Shown: positions 38,860 through 49,295 of the stretch, piece after piece
Position numbering within the stretch: the stretch's first letter is position 1
Layout of the letters: every line of letters starts with the position of its first letter
Origin: Candidatus Poribacteria bacterium
GTDB lineage: Bacteria; Poribacteria; WGA-4E; WGA-3G
Assembly: GCA_965198235.1 (NCBI GenBank)
Contig: OZ240248.1
Location: forward strand, 704,001 to 768,000
DNA length: 64,000 nt
Direction of reading: 5' to 3'
The notes under the pieces: generated by a model
The model's input: the letters and a program-made list of their open reading frames with translations, nothing else
Told to the model about the DNA's origin: nothing
Databases searched by the model: none
Program-made: the position numbers and the translations under genes

Positions 38860-39890
38860 TATTCATTCCTCCAGTGTAGAATTTGGATTGTGGCATCCCA
38901 AAGTGCAACTGCTAAATAGTCCCCGTTAGGTGAAAAGGCTAACGCTTGGATGCCGGTCGGATGGGTTTCCCAAATCACTGATTCGCCTTCGGAAATATCC
39001 CACACCCGAAGATCACCTGCTTCACCCCCTGAAGCGAGATAATCTGAAGTTGGCGAGAAGGCAAGTGCACGGGTCCAATACGCTTCAAACTCGGACTTCA
39101 TAAGGAGTTGCCTGCCAGTTTTTACTTCCCAAACCCGGATTCCGGATTGAGCGTTCTTTTGTGTGTCAACGGCTAACAGCGTCGCATCTGGCGAAAACAG
39201 TACATTCCAGACCCCTAAAATCTCGCCCGTGTTGAAAACTTTCATCGGGTGTTCATCGGTTGTGTTCCAAATCTCAATGACCGTCCGATGTCCTTCTCCA
39301 TCTCGGTAGGTTCCTTCCGCGGCAGCGATAAACTGACCGTCATCAGAAAGCGTGAGACCGTTCCTGACAGGAAAACTTGTTTGAAGCACTTTCAACTTAT
39401 GAGCAGATCCCTCACTTTTCACAGTCTTTGGACGCTGCTTTGCGAGTTGCCAAACTTCAACTTCGTTATCACCTCTTGACAGCACTGCAAGCGCGCCCTT
39501 CCCAGACAGACTACCGCTCTCATACTGTCCATTCGTCAATAGTGTTTCATCGCCGCTTCTTAACGAGAGGATTGTGATATTATCATTTGCTTCTCGGACT
39601 AACAGTTGATTCGCTCCAATGGAATAAGCGAACCATCGTTTCGCGTGGATGTGGCTTATCTCTCGTTTTCGCCGACTTTGGATATCCCATTCTACCACCG
39701 TGCCGCCCATCCCTTTCGCTATCAACTTCATGCTATCATTATTGAAAGCGATTTGTCGCGCGACATCGGGGAGCAGTTTGTCGAGTCGGGGTTGCTGCTT
39801 TTCACCAAGCTGAAAAGCAAATTCCAACGTTGCACCTTGAAGTGACGCGCATAACAAGTTAAACAGGAGAGCGACAAGCAAATTTCTCAT
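38859..39890 (-). CDS. Secreted WD40-repeat protein
   Basis: Signal peptide; repeated AFSP..LAS..D..RVWD units. Confidence 0.8.
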   Translation of the reverse strand: MRNLLVALLFNLLCASLQGATLEFAFQLGEKQQPRLDKLLPDVARQIAFNNDSMKLIAKGMGGTVVEWDIQSRRKREISHIHAKRWFAYSIGANQLLVREANDNITILSLRSGDETLLTNGQYESGSLSGKGALAVLSRGDNEVEVWQLAKQRPKTVKSEGSAHKLKVLQTSFPVRNGLTLSDDGQFIAAAEGTYRDGEGHRTVIEIWNTTDEHPMKVFNTGEILGVWNVLFSPDATLLAVDTQKNAQSGIRVWEVKTGRQLLMKSEFEAYWTRALAFSPTSDYLASGGEAGDLRVWDISEGESVIWETHPTGIQALAFSPNGDYLAVALWDATIQILHWRNE

Positions 39891-39903
39891 GAGCTAAAAA
39901 CAA

Positions 39904-39933
39904 GTAGGGTGAGGCACAGAGACCTCACCCTAT
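39904..39933. terminator. Hairpin (terminator or GTAG-type REP) after the Rieske pair
   Basis: TAGGGTGAGG/CCTCACCCTA 10-bp stem. Confidence 0.5.
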
Positions 39934-39951
39934 CATACCAATAAATTGGTA

Positions 39952-41700
39952 CTATTCATAGAGTTCCGTCGCGGTTTCACCCCGCGCGAAACGGTGGGCA
40001 GTTTGCACGGCGGAATCGTTTCCTGCATTTCTACGAATATCCGTTGACCATCGTGCCAATCCAACTATCAATTGATTTCTGGCTGGATGCGTTTCACATG
40101 TTTTCCATTCCTCGGACACTATGTGAATTGAACTGAGGAGATCATCGCCGTTATCGTCCTTGAGGATACATAACCCTATTTCAGACATCAACCGCTCCGC
40201 GGAACATCCGGCATTGAGATACTCGCGGGTACGTCGCCCAATTTCTTGGATGCGGACAGATTCAATCCCATCTAAAATTTCGGAGAGCACCGTGTCTTCA
40301 TCAAGAACTGCAGGCGTTGTAGGTGTTCTTGACTCCGTAATCGGTTGGTGGCGAATGTTAAGCCATCGGTTGTTGAAAAATCGCCACGCGGCATGGTAGA
40401 GTGCTTTGGCAGCAACCTTGGTTCCACCGTGCCGAAGCACCTTTCTTACCGTTGATGCGATTTCCATCTCGTCTTGCAGATCCCACCAACCGGGACTCAT
40501 ACTCACGGGTGTGCGCGCCATCCTATCCCCTGCCGTCATGACCATAGTCGTAGCCAGCGTGTTAATGGGAACACCCGCGGTGAGCATTTCCGTCACAGCA
40601 TCAAAAACTTCGTCGAGATCTCCACTTACCAAAGCCGCTGAAAATTTATCCTCGTCGTAGTCAACGGAACTCTCGGTTGATGCCTCCTGTGGAAGCTTAT
40701 CAAAGATCGGATTGATTTCCTCCAGTTTTTGGATGGCTTCACGGTGAAGTTCGCCGGGTCTACCGCGTCCTTGCCCAAGAATCTTCGCGCCAAGGTTGCA
40801 GACTAACTCCCCAGTTAACTCCCAACCAAATTGTTCTAATAATTCAGCCAAGTGTGCGAGATCAATAAGATTTCTGTAATGGTTGAGGAAGAAGGGTTCA
40901 ACGGCGGATTCAAAGAAAAGCGGAATGATTTTTTCATCGTGTCCACCCAATTGTCTTGCGGTAATGAGGCATTTTTCGATGCCTTCCCACTCTTTATCGG
41001 TGGAGAACACTCGAATCCAGTCTTCCAATTTCTGCCAGTCAACGGGAGGTGGGAGCGGTCGACGATCAGGTCGATCACCGAGTCTGCCCGATGCCCCATC
41101 CGCAGCCATCATAAACGGGATGAGTCGATCTTCGGGTTGGTACATACGTGCGACCTTTACCCCGTTCATCATCATTGCCAATTTTCTGCCACCCTCGAAA
41201 GCGTTCCTATCTGTAGAAATATGTCGTCCCATGTGCTTCACCATCAGTTCCAACGTCTCTTCCTCGGAAACGCCCTTGGCTAACATAATGGCAATAGCTT
41301 TAGAAAGCGTCCAGTTGTCGGTGGAGAGCAAGCCTTCTTTCAATAGGAGAAAATGGGCATCGTCGCGTTTTTTACCACCGCTGGCAACATCTATATAGAC
41401 ATCGCCGTTCCGAACTTCGACGGGGAACGTGGCGAGGTCGTCACAACCACCTGTGAAGCATCCGCCGCCTTCCATGTCGTAACTCCAACCGTGCCAATCG
41501 CAGGATAAAACACCCTTTCTGACGCGTCCCCTGACGAGTGGATAGCCCATGTGTGGACATTGGTTATCCGTCGCGTAGACAGCACCTTCATGCTGAAAGA
41601 GGGCAATGCTATGTCCTTCAACTCTAACTGCCCTCGGTTTTCCGTCTGATACATCACTAAGGGCAGCAACTTTGACGAAATTGGCATTCTTTTTTAACAT
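39952..41700 (-). CDS. Rieske [2Fe-2S] domain fused to a large helical domain
   Basis: CPHMGYPL-x-CDWH; about 470 aa predicted helical C-terminal part. Confidence 0.85.
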   Translation of the reverse strand: MLKKNANFVKVAALSDVSDGKPRAVRVEGHSIALFQHEGAVYATDNQCPHMGYPLVRGRVRKGVLSCDWHGWSYDMEGGGCFTGGCDDLATFPVEVRNGDVYIDVASGGKKRDDAHFLLLKEGLLSTDNWTLSKAIAIMLAKGVSEEETLELMVKHMGRHISTDRNAFEGGRKLAMMMNGVKVARMYQPEDRLIPFMMAADGASGRLGDRPDRRPLPPPVDWQKLEDWIRVFSTDKEWEGIEKCLITARQLGGHDEKIIPLFFESAVEPFFLNHYRNLIDLAHLAELLEQFGWELTGELVCNLGAKILGQGRGRPGELHREAIQKLEEINPIFDKLPQEASTESSVDYDEDKFSAALVSGDLDEVFDAVTEMLTAGVPINTLATTMVMTAGDRMARTPVSMSPGWWDLQDEMEIASTVRKVLRHGGTKVAAKALYHAAWRFFNNRWLNIRHQPITESRTPTTPAVLDEDTVLSEILDGIESVRIQEIGRRTREYLNAGCSAERLMSEIGLCILKDDNGDDLLSSIHIVSEEWKTCETHPARNQLIVGLARWSTDIRRNAGNDSAVQTAHRFARGETATELYE

Positions 41701-41901
41701 TATACACTTCTCCTATAGGGCGCGACTCTGCGATCGCGCCCACGGTTATATTTCGTAGCAAGCAATTTATAGAACGGTGAATTGTCATCATATTGCATGC
41801 TCAAATCCCTTTAACACTTGGTTAGCAAAAAAGCGAGTAATGAAAACCCATTGAATGCCGTTTTTCCTTAATCCACGACACTTCCTTGAGTTTATAAAAG
41901 A

Positions 41902-43638
41902 TTACTCTTCAAAGACCTCAATTGTCGTTCTACCTTCTGCAAACCGCATTGCGGTGGTAGCTGCAGATTTGTTATCCGTGTTCGAACGGATATCTGTGAC
42001 GTAGCGAGCCAATCCGACCAAGAGTTGGGACTGTGCAGGATGCCCTTCTGCGCGCTTCCATTCTTCAAACACGGCGCGTAGTGTCGGAAGCACTTGACTT
42101 CCTGTATCGTCCCAGAGTGCTGTATGTCCGATCTCTTCAATCAATCGTTCACCACAATAGCCAGTATTTAGATAGCCAAGTACTTGTGTTCCTACCTCTT
42201 GGACATTGAGCGTCTCAATCGTATCAATAATGTGTTTGATACCCTCGGCTTGATTCGCAACATCCAGTTTTTCTTGGCTCAGCGGTTGGCTGAGGGGGCG
42301 TGACGGGATATTAATCCAACGATTCGCGAAGATTAACCACGCAACGTGGAAAAGACCTTTCGCAGCGACCCTGTTGCCACCAATCTGTTGGGCACTCCGC
42401 AAAGATGCTGCAACGTTGAGTTCCATTGTTAAATTTCCCCAACCGGCATCCACGTTTACGGGTGTGTGTGCCATCCTATCCGCGGCGAGGAGAACAATCG
42501 TTGTTATGAGTTTATCTAACTTAACCCCGTCAGTCAAGACCGCTTGCACTGCCTCAAACGATCGCTGGAGGTTGACACTTGTGAGTGCCTCGACAAAAGC
42601 ATCTTCGTCAAATTCAACGGTTTGCTCTAAGGCAGCATTTTCAACAGTAGGAAGCATCTGACGCATGAGTTGAATTGCGTCTCTGCGGTAGCGTTCTGGC
42701 TCTTCTGGACGATGTCCAATGAGTTGTGCACCGAGATAGAATACGAGTTCCGAAGCACGTCCCCACCCGAATTCATCGATTACTTCCGAGAGATAACTGA
42801 CATAGAGCGGTATATGAGACAGATCGATGAAATGGGGTTCAACTGCACATTCAAACAGGAGTGGACTCAACTTTTCTGCGTCACCCTTATGATATGCTGT
42901 AAATAAACATCGCTCAATCCGTCCGGATTGCCCTTCATAAGAGAAGTTGCGGACCCACCGACTTATCTTCTCCCACGTGACAGGCTCTGGCAACGGCACA
43001 ACTTCAAGCCGTTCCGATGCGGGGCCTGCGGCGGAGCAAGCTGAAGTCGTAACGGCGATAAGTCTATCGGCACCCGTATATCTACGTCCAACTCTGAGTC
43101 CGTTGATGAGTCGAGAGACATCACCTCCACCTTCTGCGCCGTGGGAACTGGCGATGTGGCGACTGACGTGTTCCAGAACTGTCCCCATTACCTCTTCCTC
43201 TGGTACACCGCCTTTTAGCAGCAGTGAAATCGCCTTGGACATCGTCCATCGGTCTTCGCTTAAAAGTCCTTCTCGGAGCAATTGTTTATGTTCCTCCGCG
43301 CGCCGGTACGTCATATCTCCCGGCTCTATCCAAATCTCGTTCCCGCGGATGTCAACCGGAAAAGTGCGCAAGTCATCGCATTCAACATGGAAACAACCAC
43401 CGCCTTCCAAATCGAAACTGCGACGGTGCCAATCACATGTTAGAATGCCATTGCGAACCGTTCCTCGTGTTAGCGGATAACCCATATGTGGACACTGGTT
43501 ATCCGTCGCGTAAATCCTTCCGTCAACGTTGAAGAGGGCAATACTACGCCCTTCTCCCATCTGAATCGCTTTCGGTTGTCCTTCAGAAACCTCGCTCAAC
43601 TCGGCGACTTTCACCCAGTTTTGTGTTTGATGCCCCAT
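41902..43638 (-). CDS. Rieske [2Fe-2S] + helical domain, paralog of 39952-41700
   Basis: CPHMGYPL-x-CDWH; shared WT.SKAI, FE.AVEP.F, DRMA.TPV, NRW.NI, VGLAR motifs. Confidence 0.85.
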   Translation of the reverse strand: MGHQTQNWVKVAELSEVSEGQPKAIQMGEGRSIALFNVDGRIYATDNQCPHMGYPLTRGTVRNGILTCDWHRRSFDLEGGGCFHVECDDLRTFPVDIRGNEIWIEPGDMTYRRAEEHKQLLREGLLSEDRWTMSKAISLLLKGGVPEEEVMGTVLEHVSRHIASSHGAEGGGDVSRLINGLRVGRRYTGADRLIAVTTSACSAAGPASERLEVVPLPEPVTWEKISRWVRNFSYEGQSGRIERCLFTAYHKGDAEKLSPLLFECAVEPHFIDLSHIPLYVSYLSEVIDEFGWGRASELVFYLGAQLIGHRPEEPERYRRDAIQLMRQMLPTVENAALEQTVEFDEDAFVEALTSVNLQRSFEAVQAVLTDGVKLDKLITTIVLLAADRMAHTPVNVDAGWGNLTMELNVAASLRSAQQIGGNRVAAKGLFHVAWLIFANRWINIPSRPLSQPLSQEKLDVANQAEGIKHIIDTIETLNVQEVGTQVLGYLNTGYCGERLIEEIGHTALWDDTGSQVLPTLRAVFEEWKRAEGHPAQSQLLVGLARYVTDIRSNTDNKSAATTAMRFAEGRTTIEVFEE

Positions 43639-43720
43639 GACTTTACGTTCCTCCTAATTGGGTTTCGCTTGCCATAGCCTTAATAAAACGATGTTTGGCT
43701 TTACTTAATTAATATAAATT

Positions 43721-43750
43721 ATTATATCATAACTATATTAAAGATGTCAA
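43721..43750 (-). promoter_or_regulatory. Putative sigma70 promoter for the Rieske pair
   Basis: TTGACA-N18-TATAAT with TGn. Confidence 0.6.
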
Positions 43751-43849
43751 TAGGAAATCAGAAACAAGTAGAATAACCCAAGTTGCCACGTTAAAAATTG
43801 TAGGCATTCAAGCACCATTTTGCCTCGAAACGTCCCAGATGTTCTCAGT

Positions 43850-43930
43850 TCTATACATGTCGCCCCGCTGGGGCTTTGTTCTGGGGAGGCTCGCACGTTC
43901 TACACACATTTCGCCCCGCTGGGGCTTTCA
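43850..43930. repeat. Direct repeat of TCGCCCCGCTGGGGCTTT (REP-like hairpin)
   Basis: Two copies about 52 bp apart. Confidence 0.6.
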
Positions 43931-44296
43931 GGCACGCCACTCCCTGAGTTGCTATGCACGCGAGGAACCTCACAAACGCAAGGTTCGATCTAAAACAATT
44001 CAACACACAGAAAATAAACAGTCATCTGTGAAGGTCTATGAGTGCATTAGTGTTATTGATCGTGGAGTGTTGTCCCTTCTACATCTCTGTGGATGCTGCG
44101 TGCGTTGCTTCAAATTCTTGGAATTAACTGTGTACATACCGATCATGCTAAACGCTGTTGTTACGCTACATCACAGGCAATTTATTGAACTTTGACCCCT
44201 AATTTTCACCCTCTTAAAAAGCGTACTTTTGGGAGGCACTTTTCATTGATATACACGCTAAAAAATGGACAAGTGTTACAAAATATTCTGACGAAA

Positions 44297-45574
44297 TTAA
44301 ATATTTTTCTGTGCCTGATTTGCATATTCCGTGAGGAAATTTTTAACAGATTTTTTCTTCGCTTTTTGCGCGTAGTCGAGTGGCGTTTTGCCGTCCGCAT
44401 CGCGAATGTTAATGTCGCCGCCGTGTTCTATGAGCAACTGCATTTGGTTTTTTCCGACCCCTTTTTGCGCGATGATATGCATCGGGGTACCTCCCTTGTC
44501 ATCTTTTACATTAGGGTCAGCACCGTTTGCCAATAAACAGGCGATGCCCTCCGTTAAACCGCGTTGTGCAAGCCAATGTAGAGGTGTCCACATACCATGT
44601 CTATGTTTCTGAAGCGTGTTGATATCCCAACCTTTGGCAAGAAACCCTTTCACCAATGTATCAAACCGCTTCGGTCCCTGCCCAACAAGCACATACCAAT
44701 CTCGAAAGTTGATTTCATACCCTGCGTCAATCAGAAGATCCACTATTGCGCCCTGCTTGTAATTAAGAGCCATCTCAAGCAGAGGGATGGTAGGGCCGAC
44801 CTGATAGGCATAGACATGTCCACCGGGGACTTCATCCGTTTGTTTGCCGTCAAGATCCGGCGATTTCAACGTCGGTATAACGTAGCCTTTAGGGGATTTC
44901 ATATTAATCCGGAGATTGAGGAGTTCTGGATTTTTTCGGAATTCTGCCTTTGCCCGTTCAACATCGCCTATCGCACAATAGAGGACGATATCCGCTTCGG
45001 CACCTTGTTCAAGGAGATAGCGACACACCTCAGGCCGTCTTCTCATCGTCCATTGTGCTGGAGTTCCGTAATGGTCGCGATCGCGTAGATTTATGTTTGC
45101 ACCGTGTGCAAGCAGTAGTTCAGCAATTCGAGGGGTCGCAGCAAAGTGGAGAGGGGACATGCCATCGGTAGCCGGTGCGTTGACGACCTCAGGGTTTTCG
45201 CGGATCAGCTCGGCGAGCGTCTCGTCCATATCCAAGCCTGCGGCGGCGTGCGCATCAACGGTCGCGCCTTGTTCAATCAGATATTCGGCGAGTTCTCTAT
45301 TGTAGTTCAGCATGGAACCGGCAGCGTGCTGTAACGCCGAAGTACCGCCTGCCCACCAACTGCTCTTGACATCGATGTTCGCTCCAGCATCAAGCAGCAC
45401 TTTGATGAGTTCGCGATTGCCCGAGGCGGCGGCAAATACGATTGCGGGGGCATCGAAACTAAACCACGGCGCGTCAATTTGTGAAGCGAGTGTCTTATTA
45501 GTTGCCAATAGATTTTTGACTGTTTCTATGTCGCCATCCTGTACGGCTATGATAAATGGTTGTTTATTTTTCAT
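44297..45574 (-). CDS. Ankyrin-repeat protein
   Basis: Multiple (T/S)PLH.A...LL.GA..N..D units. Confidence 0.92.
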   Translation of the reverse strand: MKNKQPFIIAVQDGDIETVKNLLATNKTLASQIDAPWFSFDAPAIVFAAASGNRELIKVLLDAGANIDVKSSWWAGGTSALQHAAGSMLNYNRELAEYLIEQGATVDAHAAAGLDMDETLAELIRENPEVVNAPATDGMSPLHFAATPRIAELLLAHGANINLRDRDHYGTPAQWTMRRRPEVCRYLLEQGAEADIVLYCAIGDVERAKAEFRKNPELLNLRINMKSPKGYVIPTLKSPDLDGKQTDEVPGGHVYAYQVGPTIPLLEMALNYKQGAIVDLLIDAGYEINFRDWYVLVGQGPKRFDTLVKGFLAKGWDINTLQKHRHGMWTPLHWLAQRGLTEGIACLLANGADPNVKDDKGGTPMHIIAQKGVGKNQMQLLIEHGGDINIRDADGKTPLDYAQKAKKKSVKNFLTEYANQAQKNI

Positions 45575-45620
45575 GCGTATTTCCCTTTTCTATACGTGTT
45601 TTGCTTAATATGATTTAACT

Positions 45621-45650
45621 ATCATATCATATCAAGTTATTAAGTGTCAA
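45621..45650 (-). promoter_or_regulatory. Putative sigma70 promoter for the ankyrin gene
   Basis: TTGACA-N18-TATGAT with TGn. Confidence 0.5.
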
Positions 45651-45781
45651 GTAAAAAATTAAAACCTTTATGGCAAAGGACGCAATTGTCGGTACTAATG
45701 TTACTGGCGAGGTTAGGAAACCTCGCCAGTGGTGAAGTGGGGTCAAGTCCTACTTCGTTTATATGCTCTTTAGGTTTTACT

Positions 45782-47020
45782 TCAATCCACGGTGAACTGG
45801 ATTGTGTCAAAACGGCGCGCTACTTCCGCGACTTTCGGTTTGAGTTCTTCAGGACTACCACCAGTAAGTGCTGAGACAATACATTCGGCGATGTCTGGCG
45901 CATCCGTTGGGGTCATCCCCCACCGAGTGACCTCTTGAACGCCCATACGCAATCCAGATGTGCCGACTTCCGGCGACAATCCCGCCGCGCCTGCAATAAT
46001 ATGGCACGCTTCCAGATGCGTCGCGAGTGCCCCACCTTCCCCGTACTTATCTACAATCAGTATCAAGGTATGCGACTCCGTGAAGTCGAGTTCGACACCG
46101 AGCATCGGAACACCGCGTTCGGCTAATGCTTGTCCGAGTGCCTTCGCATTCGTAACAATCGCATCTGCTTGCGCCGCACCGCATTCCATCCACTCTATAA
46201 ATGTCCCTGCCAACGCCGGGAGTCGATTCAGGTGGTGATTGCTCATCAGCAAGGGATAGACTCCCCTTGCAACCCGTTCAGCAATGGATTCATCGTTCGT
46301 TAATACCATTCCTCCCTGCGGTCCCGCGAGTGTTTTATGCGTGCTGGAAATGATGACATCCGCGCCTTCATCGAACGGCGATTGAAATCGTCCACCCGCG
46401 ATGAGCCCAATGACGTGTGAGGCATCGTAGATGAGGTAGGAATCTGGATTCGCTTGGCGCATCGCATTTTTCAACTCCCGTACAGGTTGAGGGAAGAGAA
46501 ACACACCGGAGCCGATGTTGACGATTTCCGGTTTGTGTTCCGCAATCAGCGCGAGGGTTGCATTGAGATCAATGTTTGAACGCCGTCCGTCCCACGGAAT
46601 CGGAATTGATTGTAGTTCTATTTTGAGCGGTGAGGAGAATAGTTTTTGGGCATAGTGGTGTCCGTTATGAACCTCTAATGCCGTATCGCCTGGCTCTGCT
46701 AACGCGAACGTCGTCGCAATCCCTGCGATGTTCCCTGATAATGGTCGGAAATCGACATGCGCGGCACCGAATAACTCCTTTGCTAACGCCTGCGTGTACC
46801 CCTCTATTTCGGCGATGTAGCGGTTGCCTTTGTAATTCCGTTGGTAAATGTCAATGCCAGAATAATTCCCATACCGCCGCGCCAACCGTTCGTCGAAAAG
46901 TTCTTCTACTAATGGCGAAGGTGTGTTCTCCGAAGCGATCAAATTGAGACAGGTATCCCGATATGTGTCATGTTTATCAAGAAGTGAAGTGAGTTTTTGG
47001 ACTTTTGCGTTATGTGTCAT
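45782..47020 (-). CDS. SHMT-fold PLP enzyme (divergent serine hydroxymethyltransferase / threonine (trans)aldolase-like)
   Basis: LNLIASEN, RPLSG, YDASHVIGLIAG, STHKTLAGPQGG, SGLRMG; lacks YAEG, GGHL and NKN motifs. Confidence 0.85.
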   Translation of the reverse strand: MTHNAKVQKLTSLLDKHDTYRDTCLNLIASENTPSPLVEELFDERLARRYGNYSGIDIYQRNYKGNRYIAEIEGYTQALAKELFGAAHVDFRPLSGNIAGIATTFALAEPGDTALEVHNGHHYAQKLFSSPLKIELQSIPIPWDGRRSNIDLNATLALIAEHKPEIVNIGSGVFLFPQPVRELKNAMRQANPDSYLIYDASHVIGLIAGGRFQSPFDEGADVIISSTHKTLAGPQGGMVLTNDESIAERVARGVYPLLMSNHHLNRLPALAGTFIEWMECGAAQADAIVTNAKALGQALAERGVPMLGVELDFTESHTLILIVDKYGEGGALATHLEACHIIAGAAGLSPEVGTSGLRMGVQEVTRWGMTPTDAPDIAECIVSALTGGSPEELKPKVAEVARRFDTIQFTVD

Positions 47021-47342
47021 TGAAAGAACCTCCATTTGGTTGCAGTGCAAGGGACAGAGAAATTGCTTGACGTGCCGTAAGAAATCGGTTACTATGATTT
47101 TTTAACTTTACCTTGCGGAGTGGTCAGTCGGACTTCAAGATTGACGCGCCTTTCCGTTGATCCACCTGCGCCGTTGTTGCAGGCTCCCGTCTTGGTGATA
47201 GAATCAAAGATAATACAAAACCCGTAGCCCGTAATGGAATGGAGGGGTTTTTGCTTGGGTGTTTCTTCAGATTTAAGGAATGCACGTCCACGATTCAAAT
47301 TCACGTCGTTTCTCCGCAAGGAATAATTAAAAAGAGGAAATT

Positions 47343-48734
47343 ATGCCAAAACCGACAGATATCCGCATCCTTGACGTTCATTACGATTTTGAAGAACACC
47401 AATACCGCACTCCGCTCAAGTTCGGTGGCGTACCGACGGATCACTGCGTTCTCTTTAACGTCCGGGTGCAGGTCCAGACGCGCGATGGCAAAGAGGCAGA
47501 AGGAAAAGGCTCCATGCCGCTCGGTAACGTCTGGGCGTTTCCGCCGCGTTACGCGCCTCTTGACCAGAGTCTCGCCGCGATGAAAAAACTCGCCGAATTG
47601 GCGGTAGCGGCAACACGGGATTGTACACTCTGTGCGCACCCGCTTGAACTTTCTGAAGTGCTTGAGCCAGAATTTTTAAAAATCGCCGATGATTTGTCCC
47701 ATAATATGCAACTCGCGTCGCCGATGCCGAAACTCTGCACCGTCGTTACAACAAGTCCGATTGATGGGGCAATCCACGACGCGTTCGGCAAAGCGAACGG
47801 GATCAATAGTTACGACGGATTGAGCGAAGACTTCATTGAGGCAGATCTGTCGCACTTTTTGGTGCCGCTTGCAAACCAAAACTTGCTTGACAAAAGCTTG
47901 AATGAACGGTTTACCGGAAAATACCTTGATCAATATACCGCGCGCCAACCAAAGCCTAATATGCCGCTCTATCATCTCGTCGGCGCACTGGATCCACTCA
48001 CCGACGCGGATATCGCAGAACGCCTCAATGACAGTCTCCCGGAAACGCTCCCCGAATGGATTGTTGCCGATGGGCTGACGCATCTGAAAATTAAACTGAA
48101 CGGCGACGACTTGGCGTGGGATGTCGCGCGCGTCATCGCAATTGACAAAATCACCGCCGAAACACAAGCGAAACGCGGTATTGACACGTGGCACTACTCG
48201 GCTGATTTCAATGAAACCTGTCAAGACGTAGAATACCTGTTAGCGTTTCTCAGCCAGATTCAAGAGGCGGAGAGTAATGCCTTCCAACGCCTTGCCTACA
48301 TTGAACAACCGACGGATCGGGATCTGAAATCGCATCCGGAAAATAAGATGCACAAAGCCGCCGAGATAAAACCCGTGGTAATCGACGAATCGCTAACCGA
48401 TTTTGAGACCTTTTTGTTGGCACGCGAGCAAGGGTATTCCGGTGTTGCACTCAAGGCGTGTAAAGGACAGTCTCAGGCGTTGCTGATGGGTGCCGCCGCC
48501 GCAGGATACGGTATGTTCCTCGCTGTGCAAGATCTGACGTGTCCGGGTGCATCGTTTTTGCACTCCGCCGGACTTGCCGCACGAATTCCCGGTGTAACGG
48601 CTATTGAAGGCAACGCCCGCCAATTTTGCCCGAGTGCCAATGACGGTTGGCGGGACGCATTCCCCTCAATTTTCAACATCACCGATGGTACTGTCGGAAC
48701 GCAAGTCCTTACTGCACTCGGGCTTGGACATTAG
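47343..48734 (+). CDS. Mandelate racemase / enolase-superfamily enzyme
   Basis: HLKIKL, ADFNE, YIEQP, IDES, ALKACKG. Confidence 0.8.
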   Translation: MPKPTDIRILDVHYDFEEHQYRTPLKFGGVPTDHCVLFNVRVQVQTRDGKEAEGKGSMPLGNVWAFPPRYAPLDQSLAAMKKLAELAVAATRDCTLCAHPLELSEVLEPEFLKIADDLSHNMQLASPMPKLCTVVTTSPIDGAIHDAFGKANGINSYDGLSEDFIEADLSHFLVPLANQNLLDKSLNERFTGKYLDQYTARQPKPNMPLYHLVGALDPLTDADIAERLNDSLPETLPEWIVADGLTHLKIKLNGDDLAWDVARVIAIDKITAETQAKRGIDTWHYSADFNETCQDVEYLLAFLSQIQEAESNAFQRLAYIEQPTDRDLKSHPENKMHKAAEIKPVVIDESLTDFETFLLAREQGYSGVALKACKGQSQALLMGAAAAGYGMFLAVQDLTCPGASFLHSAGLAARIPGVTAIEGNARQFCPSANDGWRDAFPSIFNITDGTVGTQVLTALGLGH

Positions 48735-49065
48735 CATCCGTTGTTTCCGTTTCCTGATCCGCAACAGTAATGTTGGTAACAACATTCCGTTGCTCAGGGA
48801 GTCGGACAGGAAAATCTTCAATTACGTCGTTAATCAGTTTTTTAACCATTGCTTTGACTGGGTCAAAGGGTATGCATTCAAGAATGATAATGGCGCGATG
48901 TTTTGAAGGCGCGATGTCATACGTCAGACCATACTGGAGTCCGAGATGCATCAGTTCCGGCTCAACGCTGATAGAGATCTGTCGGCGTTCCTGCTCGGTG
49001 GCGAAGAAACTATCAAGGATGAAGTGCGTGTGAATCCACGCTTCTCTTTCTTCAACGATTTTCAT
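48709..49065 (-). CDS. Hypothetical protein (118 aa)
   Basis: Plausible globular ORF starting MKIVEERE; upstream extension unlikely. Confidence 0.55.
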   Translation of the reverse strand: MKIVEEREAWIHTHFILDSFFATEQERRQISISVEPELMHLGLQYGLTYDIAPSKHRAIIILECIPFDPVKAMVKKLINDVIEDFPVRLPEQRNVVTNITVADQETETTDANVQARVQ

Positions 49066-49295
49066 ATTTTTAATTTTACCCTGCGGTTCGGTCAGGTGGG
49101 TTAGGAGTTTCACGTTCCTTTCCGTATATCTGAAGAAACACCGGATTTGGTCTGGGAATAGACCAAATCCATTCCTTGTATTACATTGCAAAAACCCCTC
49201 CACTACGTTACGGGCTACGCACCTTGGATCTTGAGAAAAATAGCCATCTCTTAATTCTACCTTATCGTCCATTGTAGTATTAACGGCGAAAAGTG

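Noticed and set aside
47040-47320. Glycine or ZTP riboswitch before the SHMT-like gene; small ORF 47092-47319
   Set aside because: No recognisable aptamer core; the ORF overlaps a repeat and has no protein features
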